Source of the DNA: Akkermansia muciniphila
GTDB taxonomy: Bacteria > Verrucomicrobiota > Verrucomicrobiia > Verrucomicrobiales > V1-33
Reading direction: 5' to 3'
Length of the DNA stretch: 64,000 bases
Assembly: GCA_945861415.1 (NCBI GenBank)
Contig: CAMAUV010000001.1
Coordinates: 45,389-109,388, forward strand
The notes under the pieces are model-generated. The model had not been told where the DNA came from and did not search any database. It saw nothing but the letters and a program-made list of their open reading frames with translations. Position 1 is the stretch's first letter. Each line of letters begins with the position of its first letter. Both the position numbers and the translations under genes were made by a program. Shown here one piece after another: positions 55,301 through 63,187 of the stretch.

Positions 55301-55366
55301 CTCGCCGCGCACACAACGGTCGCCAGCCTCATCCTGAACCTCGATGAAACCATCACCCATGAATGA
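52301..55366 (+). CDS. PSCyt1 + PSCyt2/DUF1549 + PSD1/DUF1553 protein (planctomycete-type cytochrome c domain protein)
   Basis: CLACH is encoded at 52415-52429 in [20 protein letters not shown]. The DUF1549-type block is [12 protein letters not shown]. The DUF1553-type block is [36 protein letters not shown]. Confidence 0.9.
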   Translation: [1021 protein letters not shown]

Positions 55367-56804
55367 CCCGCTGCAATCCACCCGCCGCTACTTCTTGGGC
55401 CAATGCACCGGTGTCTCGCTCGGCGCCATGGCTCTGTCCTCGCTGCTTGGAGGCAGTGCTGGCGCCACGACGGAGTCCGCGGACGCCACCGGCCTGCCTG
55501 GCTTTCCGCATTTCGCCCCAAAGGCGAAGCGCGTCATTTTCCTCACTCAGTCCGGCGGGCCGTCACAGATCGAACTCTTCGATGAAAAACCCGGCCTCGC
55601 CAAATGGGCCGGCATCGAGCTGCCCGATTCCGTCCGCCAGGGCCAGCGCCTCACGACGATGACGTCTTCGCAGAAGCAACTCATCATGCCGGCGCGGACA
55701 AAGTTTGAGCGCTGTGGCAAGAGCGGCGCGACCATCGGCGAATGGCTGCCGCACCTTCGCGGAATCGCGGACGATTTGTGTTTCATCAAGTCCATGCAAA
55801 CGGACGAGATCAATCACGCCCCGGCGATGACGAAGTTCCTCACTGGCCACCAGCTTCCCGGGCGCCCGAGCATGGGAGCATGGATGAGCTACGGTCTCGG
55901 CAGCACGAATCGCAACCTGCCGGACTTCCTCGTCCTGATTTCCAAATTGCAGCGTCCGAGCGACCAACCGCTCTACGACCACTACTGGGGCAGCGGGTTC
56001 CTTCCTTCGCGCTACCAGGGGGTGAAACTGCGCAATGCGAAGGATCCCGTCCTCTATCTCCGGGACCCCGACGGCCTGCCGCGCGAACTCCGTCGCGGGA
56101 TGCTCGACGGGCTCGGAGAATTGAATCAGATGCGTCTCGCCGAAACGGGTGACCCGGAAATCGCCACGCGCATTCGCCAATATGAAATGGCGTATCGCAT
56201 GCAGAGCAGCGTGCCGGAATTGACTGACCTCAGCGACGAGCCGGATTCCACCTTTGCTCTCTACGGCCCAGATTCGCGGCGCCCCGGCAGCTATGCCGCG
56301 AACTGCATCCTCGCGCGCCGGCTCGCCGAGCGCGGTGTGCGTTTTATCCAGCTCTTCCATCCCGACTGGGATCATCACAGCCGCCTGCCGTCGTGGTGCG
56401 TCGCGCGCTGCCGCGATACCGACCAGCCCAGCACAGCGCTCATCAAGGACCTCAAACAGCGCGGCCTGCTCGACGACACTCTGGTGATCTGGGGAGGCGA
56501 ATTCGGACGCGGCGTGGCCGGCCAGGGCAAGTGGGACAGCCTCGAAGCCGGACGCGACCATCACCCGCGCTGCTTCACCATGTGGATGGCGGGCGGCGGC
56601 GTGAAGCCCGGCACCACCTACGGCGCCACTGACGACTTCAGCTACAACGTTGCCGAGAATCCCGTCCACGTGCGCGATCTGCACGCCACCGTGATGCGAT
56701 TGCTCGGCATCGATCACGAACGTTTCACCTTCCGCAGTCAGGGCCTGGACTTCCGCCTCACCGGCGTGGAAAAAGCGAACGTAGTGAAGGGCATTCTGGC
56801 GTGA
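55359..56804 (+). CDS. DUF1501 (sulfatase-fold) protein with a Tat-like signal
   Basis: TRRYFLGQCTGVSLGAMAL is Tat-like. Blocks GGPSQIELFDEKP and GGEFGRG...GRDHHP fit DUF1501. The start overlaps the upstream stop by 8 nt; an alternative ATG is at 55344. Confidence 0.9.
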   Translation: MNDPLQSTRRYFLGQCTGVSLGAMALSSLLGGSAGATTESADATGLPGFPHFAPKAKRVIFLTQSGGPSQIELFDEKPGLAKWAGIELPDSVRQGQRLTTMTSSQKQLIMPARTKFERCGKSGATIGEWLPHLRGIADDLCFIKSMQTDEINHAPAMTKFLTGHQLPGRPSMGAWMSYGLGSTNRNLPDFLVLISKLQRPSDQPLYDHYWGSGFLPSRYQGVKLRNAKDPVLYLRDPDGLPRELRRGMLDGLGELNQMRLAETGDPEIATRIRQYEMAYRMQSSVPELTDLSDEPDSTFALYGPDSRRPGSYAANCILARRLAERGVRFIQLFHPDWDHHSRLPSWCVARCRDTDQPSTALIKDLKQRGLLDDTLVIWGGEFGRGVAGQGKWDSLEAGRDHHPRCFTMWMAGGGVKPGTTYGATDDFSYNVAENPVHVRDLHATVMRLLGIDHERFTFRSQGLDFRLTGVEKANVVKGILA

Positions 56805-56904
56805 ACAGGCAACCGGCGCTGCGTGAGGACTTGCGATTTTATTGCACAAACCGCAAAGTTCGGCTGTAACATTCCCTCTATACACATCCCCCGGCTATTA
56901 CACC

Positions 56905-58629
56905 ATGAAACGAACTCTATCCACTCCCGGGGCCAAATGGCTCGCGTCTCTGCTGCTGCTAACTTCCCTCTTTGGCTCCGCCTTCTGCCGGGCGGCCACA
57001 AAGCCCAACGTCGTCATCATCCTCTCTGACGACATGGGATACTCGGACATCGGCTGCTATGGTTCAGAAATCGCCACGCCGAGTCTGGACGCACTGGCGA
57101 AGAATGGCCTGCGCTTCACCCAGTTCTACAATGGCGCTCGCTGTTGTCCCACCCGCGCCTCGTTGCTCACCGGCTTGTATGCGCATCAGGCCGGCATCGG
57201 CTTGATGGAGGGTGACTCTGGCTTCGATGGTTATCGGGGAGAACTGAGCCGGAAGGCGGTCACGGTGGCCGAGGTGCTGCGGCCCGCCGGTTATCGCACC
57301 TACATGAGCGGCAAGTGGCATGTCACTTCCGCCAAGGGACCGAAGGCGGATAACTCGAATTGGCCCGTTCAGCGGGGCTTTAATCGCTTCTACGGAACCA
57401 TCGCCGGTGCGGGCAGTTTCTACGACCCGGCCACGCTTTGCCGCGACAATAAGTTCATCACCCCGGTCAACGATCCGGAATACGAACCAAAGCGGTATCA
57501 CTACACCGATGCCATCAGCGACAACGCGGTGAAGTTTATGGAAGATCACGGCAAGCAACATGCCGAACAGGCCCTTTTTCTATACGTCGCCTACACGAGC
57601 GCCCACTGGCCGATGCACGCGTGGCCGGAGGACATCGCCAGATACAAGGGCCGTTATGACGCCGGCTACGACACCATCCGCCAGGCGCGGTTCAAACGGG
57701 CGCGCGAACTCGGTGTGATCGATCCGCGCTGGAAGATGTCCCCCACGGCAGGCAATTGGGACAGCGTCAGAGACCGCGAGTGGGAAATCCAATGCATGGA
57801 AGTCTATGCCGCGATGGTTGAGGCCATGGACCGCGGCATCGGGCGCATCGTCGCCGAGTTGAAACGGCAAGGCCGACTGGAAAACACGCTGTTCGTCTAT
57901 CTGCAGGACAACGGCGGTTGCTCTGAGGGCCTTGGCCGGAAGTCAAATGCCGATGAGGTTAAAGACAAGGTCTTCAAGCTCATAGGGCCGGACGAGTTCC
58001 AAACGAAAATCTGGCCACCGATGCAGACCCGCGATGGCCGTCCGGTCTTGACCGGCCCGGGAGTCGCTCCCGGTGGCGAGGACACTTACATCGCCTATGG
58101 CGGCGGCTGGGCCAATGTCTCGAACACGCCATTCCGTGGATACAAGCATGATGGCCTGGAAGGCGGCATCAGCACGCCATTTATCGTCCACTGGCCGGCG
58201 GGAACTCCCGAGTCGCGACGCAATGCCGTGGTCAACTCCCCCGCCCATCTCATCGACCTGATGGCCACCTGCGTGGACGTCTCCAAGGCGGACTATCCAA
58301 AGGAGTTCAAAGCCGAGAACATCAAGCCGCTGGAAGGCGTCAGCCTCATGCCCGCGTTCCTCGGCAGAGACTTGCAGCGGACCGCCCCGCTCGCATGGGA
58401 GCACCACGGCAACAGTGCCTTGCGCGACGGCAAATGGAAGATTGTCACAGAATACCGGGACAACCAGCCCACGAAATGGGAACTCTACGACATGGACGCC
58501 GACCGCACCGAACTGTACGACCTCGCCGCCGCGCACCCGGAAAAGATGAAGGAACTCGTCGCCGAATGGCAAGCTTGGGCGGATCGTGTTGGCGTGCAGC
58601 CCTGGCCGCTGAAACGCGCCGCCAAATAG
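56905..58629 (+). CDS. arylsulfatase (formylglycine type)
   Basis: The ATG at 56905 gives a signal peptide. Sulfatase motifs are PNVVIILSDDMGYSD and ARCCPTRASLLTG. Confidence 0.9.
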   Translation: MKRTLSTPGAKWLASLLLLTSLFGSAFCRAATKPNVVIILSDDMGYSDIGCYGSEIATPSLDALAKNGLRFTQFYNGARCCPTRASLLTGLYAHQAGIGLMEGDSGFDGYRGELSRKAVTVAEVLRPAGYRTYMSGKWHVTSAKGPKADNSNWPVQRGFNRFYGTIAGAGSFYDPATLCRDNKFITPVNDPEYEPKRYHYTDAISDNAVKFMEDHGKQHAEQALFLYVAYTSAHWPMHAWPEDIARYKGRYDAGYDTIRQARFKRARELGVIDPRWKMSPTAGNWDSVRDREWEIQCMEVYAAMVEAMDRGIGRIVAELKRQGRLENTLFVYLQDNGGCSEGLGRKSNADEVKDKVFKLIGPDEFQTKIWPPMQTRDGRPVLTGPGVAPGGEDTYIAYGGGWANVSNTPFRGYKHDGLEGGISTPFIVHWPAGTPESRRNAVVNSPAHLIDLMATCVDVSKADYPKEFKAENIKPLEGVSLMPAFLGRDLQRTAPLAWEHHGNSALRDGKWKIVTEYRDNQPTKWELYDMDADRTELYDLAAAHPEKMKELVAEWQAWADRVGVQPWPLKRAAK

Positions 58630-58662
58630 ACTGGTAAAAATCGATTATCCTACGCGAGGACG

Positions 58663-59118
58663 TCAGGCTCTCTGACCCGTGAACACACGGATGATATGTG
58701 AACGCGGGCTGCGACGAGGCGGGCTTTTTTCAATATTGATGGTGAGCCCGGTCTCTGTGCTGCTTAGATTGAAGGTGGCCGTGTTCTCGTTAGCCTCGAC
58801 AATCTTCAGCGGGATGTTGCAAGTGAGGCGGACGTGGGGCGTGTTGCTCTTTTCGTTGATACGGTTGTGGACTCGGTTGGTGCATCTGAGCCAGTTCTGG
58901 TCGCCGACCATCTCTACCGGAAGATAGAACCTTGAGACTATGAAGGGCGCGCAGATTATTGTGAGTCCAGAGTGGCGGACTGGCGGAAGCACATTAGGAT
59001 TGCGGGTTTCAATCTTGGCCCCACTCTTGCGCTCGATAAAACCCAAATGATCAGGCAAATCCACACCCCGGCAAGTCCGCTTCGATGGGCCGGGTTTGGA
59101 GTTGCGCGAGTTAATCAT
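58663..59118 (-). CDS. hypothetical protein (151 aa) in a visibly lower-GC patch
   Basis: This is the longest ORF in the interval and starts with ATG. No family is recognised, so coding status is uncertain. Confidence 0.35.
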   Translation of the reverse strand: MINSRNSKPGPSKRTCRGVDLPDHLGFIERKSGAKIETRNPNVLPPVRHSGLTIICAPFIVSRFYLPVEMVGDQNWLRCTNRVHNRINEKSNTPHVRLTCNIPLKIVEANENTATFNLSSTETGLTINIEKSPPRRSPRSHIIRVFTGQRA

Positions 59119-59126
59119 TTAATGCT

Positions 59127-59681
59127 ATGAGTAAATCGCTTCTTGCATCCACTTACGCCCCGCGGCTGTCGGACCGGAAGGCCTGCGTGTCGGCGGCACA
59201 TGTTAAGGCGAGGTTGTCAGTAAACCGCGAGTTGATTTCCCCTTTCTGGTACATTGGGCGGGAGATTCTGAATTCGCCGAAAGCTGGAGGCCGGGGAACG
59301 AAGGTTGTTGAACGACTGGCGAAGGACGTGGCAGCGGAGTTCCCGGAAATGGGCGGGTTTGCTTACACGAACGTGAAGCGGATGCGCACATTCGCTGAAG
59401 CGAATGAGGCCATCGAAATTAGCCCACAGGCTGTGGGCCTATTGAAGGCTTCGAAGGTGGAAAGCGGAATTGGGTCAAGAAACGGCGAAGCCGGTGCGAA
59501 AGGCAAAAGTGCAGGCTTCATGGTGGATCCCGACCCTGAATTCGTCCGGCTCTGGATTCGCCATCAAGGCAGGGTGGCGCTCTACGTCTCGTTGATGCCG
59601 CGCTCTGCCTCTACCCGCACTGCGAGGCGACACCGAATTATACATCTCCTTAACCAAATTCCGCAGCACCAACAACTATGA
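59127..59681 (+). pseudogene. truncated DUF1016/YhcG-like (PDDEXK nuclease family) gene; only the N-terminal domain is recognisable
   Basis: VNRELISPFWYIGREIL...GRGTKVVERLAKDVAAEFPEMGGFAYTNVKRMRTFAE matches the YhcG N-terminal pattern (VN.EL..YW.IG..I...WG..V.E.L..DL..EFP...GFS..NL..MR.F). Recognisable sequence stops after about 100 aa, and the 184-aa ORF lacks the C-terminal nuclease domain. Confidence 0.55.
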
Positions 59682-61257
59682 AAAAAACCGGGAAACCTGA
59701 TTTCATTCACCTTTTCGTCATCCTGCTTTTCTTCGTTTCCATAGCGACGATCGCCCCGGCCGCCGATTGGAACCGCTTTCGTGGGCCGAACGGTTCAGGG
59801 GTGGCGGAGGGATGTCAGCCACCGATGCTGTTGGGTAAGGATTGTCAGGCGTGGCGTGTGCCCGTCCCGCCGGGCCTGTCGTCGCCCGCACTCTCCGGCG
59901 ACCGCACTCTCCGGCGACCGCACTCTCCGGCGACCGCATCTTCCTCACCGCTGAGAAGGAGGGCGAACTGCTGACGCTCGCATTTGACAAGGCGGACGGA
60001 AAGGAACTTTGGCGACGCGTCTCACCCGCAAAGGCAACCGAGAAAGTCCACCGCGCTGCCAGCCAAGCGTCACCGACGCCTCTGGTCGATGGAGAGCGCG
60101 TCATTGTGTATTTCGGATCTTACGGATTGCTGTGCTACGGCCACAATGGGGAGGAGCTTTGGAAGAAGCCGATTCCAACGCCACAGACCTTGTATGGCAT
60201 GGCCACCTCGCCGATCGGGTTCGGGAACACGGTCATCATGGTGCTGGACGACGACCGGGACTTGCCGGACAGTAAATTGAGCCGGTCGAAGGTCATCGCC
60301 CTCGACAAGGTAACGGGAAACGAAGTGTGGGAGACGGCGCGTCCGTTCTCTCGCAGCGGATGGTCCACTCCGATCATCTGGAACCACAAGGATGGGACAG
60401 ATCTCGCTATCCTGGGACAAGGCAGGCTCGATGGCTACGACCCGGCCACCGGCAAAGGGAAGTGGTACGCCACCGGCTTCTCGCACGAAACGATCGCTGT
60501 CCCCGTTGCGAACCGTGATCACGTCTTCGGATCTTCATCACGGCGAGGTGGTGATGGCGATGCCGACACCGACCCGAAGCCATTCTGGCAATCGATCCTG
60601 CCTTTCGACGAAGACAAGAACGGGAAGATCGAGCGGACGGAAATGAAGCCACCATTCACGTTCCCTTTTCGACCGGAACTTCCGATCGGCCATCCGGGTT
60701 TCGGATTTCCCATGCCGGATAACCTAAAGGATCGGGAGGAGCGCGTGGACTGGATCCTCAGCTGGTTCGACAAGGATAAGGACCGTGCCTGGAGCCAAGA
60801 GGAGTTCATGCAGGGCTTTAAGAAAAAGCCCGGCGAGCCGCTCCTCATGGCGGTTCGTCCCGGCGGATCGGGTGATGTCACCGAGTCTCACGCAAGCTGG
60901 TCTGCGAACAGCCATATCCCCGAGATTCCCTCTCCGCTTCTCCACGACGGCATTCTCTATCTCATCCGGGCAGGTGGTGTCCTCGCAGCGATGGATGCCA
61001 CGAACGGGGAGATGTTCTATCGCGAAAGAGTTGATGCACTCGGCGGCCAGTGCGCAGCATCCCCCGTCTGCGCCAATGATCACGTTTACCTCGTCTCCAC
61101 TCCCGGTGTCATCTCCGTTGTCGCGACTGGAAAAAATTTCAGGGAAATCCACTCCCACGAACTCGGCGAGCCGACTGAGACTACCCCCGCCATCGACCGG
61201 AATTCGATCTACATCCGCACAGAGAAGCACCTGATCGCCTTCCGCAGCAAAAAGTGA
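59678..61257 (+). pseudogene. PQQ-like beta-propeller protein with an internal EF-hand pair, frameshifted by a 16-bp tandem triplication
   Basis: Track ORFs 59678..59974 and 59842..61257 are the two halves. With a single repeat copy the frames join as ...GLSSPALSGDRIFLTAEKEG..., giving one 515-aa ORF. The N-terminal ADWNRFRGPNGSG is typical of the family. Confidence 0.8.
59886..59938. repeat. direct tandem repeat, 16-bp unit GCACTCTCCGGCGACC x3 plus partial copies
   Basis: Exact copies lie at 59888-59903, 59904-19 and 59920-35, flanked by partial matches (CC before, GCA after). The unit length is not a multiple of 3. Confidence 0.95.
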
Positions 61258-61334
61258 AAAATTCTCCGGCAGGTGGGGAACTCGACGGGAATAGTAGGGT
61301 GAATCACCGGCTACACAGTAGCCGGCCTGTTGCT

Positions 61335-61865
61335 ATGGATGAAGAAAAAGAAGCCGAATTCATGGGATTGTTCGTCACGCACGAGCCCGAATTGCGGGCT
61401 TTTCTTCGCACGCTCCTGCCCAGCTGGGAGGCGGTGGATGACGTGCTTCAGGAGGCCAGCGTGGTGATGTGGAAGAAGCTCGATCAGCTTGAGGACGAGG
61501 AGGGATTCCTGCCATGGGCGAAGGTGATCCTGCGCTTCAAGGCGATGCATGCACGGCGCACCGCTGCGCGCGATCGCCTCGTCCTGAGTGAGGAGACGGT
61601 GGCACTGCTGGCCGAGGAGGCGCTCGATTTGGAGCCGGATCAAATGGGCAGAGAACGTAAAGCGCTGGACGCTTGCTTGCAGAAACTCTCCAATGAGAAT
61701 CGGGAGCTCGTTCTCTTGCCGTATCGCAGGCCGGGCGGGTTGACCGAACTGGCGCAGCAGACCAGCCGCTCGTCCAACAGCCTTTACAAGCTGCTCGGCC
61801 GCCTGCGTGAGAAGCTGCGACTTTGTGTGGAGCGCGAACTTGCTTCAGGAGGAGCGCGCCTATGA
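61335..61865 (+). CDS. ECF sigma-70 factor (Rhodopirellula/Verrucomicrobium-type)
   Basis: The protein reads FMGLFVTHEPELRAFLRTLLPSWEAVDDVLQEASVVMWKK and has a C-terminal region 4 (SNSLYKLLGRLREKL). An alternative GTG start at 61254 overlaps the upstream stop. Confidence 0.85.
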   Translation: MDEEKEAEFMGLFVTHEPELRAFLRTLLPSWEAVDDVLQEASVVMWKKLDQLEDEEGFLPWAKVILRFKAMHARRTAARDRLVLSEETVALLAEEALDLEPDQMGRERKALDACLQKLSNENRELVLLPYRRPGGLTELAQQTSRSSNSLYKLLGRLREKLRLCVERELASGGARL

Positions 61866-63178
61866 ACGAGGACAGGTCAGGCGAACTCGTCCAGAGCTAC
61901 TTTCTCGGTTCGATCTCGGACGACGAGGTGGCGGAGCTCGATCGGCGCTTGAAGGAGGATGCGACCGTGCGCGCACTGTTCGCGGCAACCGCACGGCTGG
62001 AAACCAATCTGCGTGATGCGGCCTCGAGTGTGCCCACCGCCAGTGAGGCTCCCCGGCAGGTCGCTCGCCGCCCAAGGCGCCACCTTTTGATCGGACTTGG
62101 GGCTGCTGCGGCGATCACACTCAGCGCGATTCTTGTTTCTCAATTCCGCCCCGGCTCATCTCCTCAACCGATCGCGCGAGTTGCCGAGTTGAGCGGAACG
62201 GTCACTTGGATCGCGGATGGCAGGCAGGAGGATGAGCGCCTGGGGGATGGTGCTGAATTGACCGGTGGCACGCTCGAGGTCTCCTCTCAGGATTCCTGGG
62301 CCGAGGTGGTCTTCAGAGACGGTTCCATCGTTTGGGTGTCTGGTCCCGCCGTGGTGACCCTCTCAGATGGAGAGGCTGGCAAGCTGATCCGTGTCCGGGA
62401 AGGCTATCTGTCCCTCGATGTGTTACCGCAGCCGCCGGACAAACCGATGCGGGTGACCACGCCATCGGCCGAGGCAGTCGTGCTAGGCACTCAGTTCAAC
62501 ATCTCAGCGAACTCGAGCTCGACGAGCCTCACGGTGAACGAAGGTCAGGTCCGCGTAACGCGGCTCGCTGACGGAAGTGTCCAGGAGGTCGGTGCCGACC
62601 AACGCGTCGTCGCGGCGTTGGAACAGGAAAGCCAGTTCGAGGCCCGTCCACGTGGCGAACACGTGCGGATCTGGAAGAGCGAGCTTCCTCGCGATGCGCG
62701 ACAGGGTGAATGGAAGCCAGGAGACGTTGGGAGGGCTGGGGCGTTGCGAGCCGAGGCACACCTCTTCCGAGGTGACCACGGGGAGCAAATCGATCCCATC
62801 CTGCTGCATACTGCGGTGTTGGGACCCTCCGTCGGGGCAATGTCCCCAGTTCTGCTCAGCGAGGGGGCACGCTTCCGAATCCATGGAAGGCTTGATCGGA
62901 GCTTTCGCGTGAACTTTGGGTTCGGAACGCATCACGCACGCGGCGGGTTTTCGGGCAAGTTTGCGACCGAGCGCGAGATCGAGATCGATCAGAATGCCGA
63001 GGGGCTTTTCGAGATCGAGTTCTCCGTCGATGAGTTCCCGCGCATGAGGAGTCGCTTCCCTGAGTCCGCCGTCGGCCATGAACTGGTCTGGTTCTGGATC
63101 CAGACACCCAGAAAGGACGTGGGCTTGCAAGTATTCGGTGTCGAGCTCACCTCACCGGAAGAACCTTCGAAGCGCTAG
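61862..63178 (+). CDS. FecR-family anti-sigma factor / transmembrane sensor
   Basis: An ATGA overlap links it to the sigma gene. The N-terminal anti-sigma helix is YFLGSISDDEVAELDRRLKED. A TM segment LLIGLGAAAAITLSAILV follows. The FecR beta-domain is TTPSAEAVVLGTQFNISA...LTVNEGQVRV. Confidence 0.85.
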   Translation: MNEDRSGELVQSYFLGSISDDEVAELDRRLKEDATVRALFAATARLETNLRDAASSVPTASEAPRQVARRPRRHLLIGLGAAAAITLSAILVSQFRPGSSPQPIARVAELSGTVTWIADGRQEDERLGDGAELTGGTLEVSSQDSWAEVVFRDGSIVWVSGPAVVTLSDGEAGKLIRVREGYLSLDVLPQPPDKPMRVTTPSAEAVVLGTQFNISANSSSTSLTVNEGQVRVTRLADGSVQEVGADQRVVAALEQESQFEARPRGEHVRIWKSELPRDARQGEWKPGDVGRAGALRAEAHLFRGDHGEQIDPILLHTAVLGPSVGAMSPVLLSEGARFRIHGRLDRSFRVNFGFGTHHARGGFSGKFATEREIEIDQNAEGLFEIEFSVDEFPRMRSRFPESAVGHELVWFWIQTPRKDVGLQVFGVELTSPEEPSKR

Positions 63179-63187
63179 GCAGACAAT

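Noticed and set aside
55563-56885. A 440-aa minus-strand ORF opposite the DUF1501 gene
   Set aside because: It is an antisense shadow. The DUF1501 frame has the Tat-like signal and family blocks.
58679-58927. An 82-aa + strand ORF inside the lower-GC patch
   Set aside because: It is fully contained in, and antisense to, the longer 151-aa minus-strand ORF. Neither has support beyond length, so only the longer one is listed, at low confidence.
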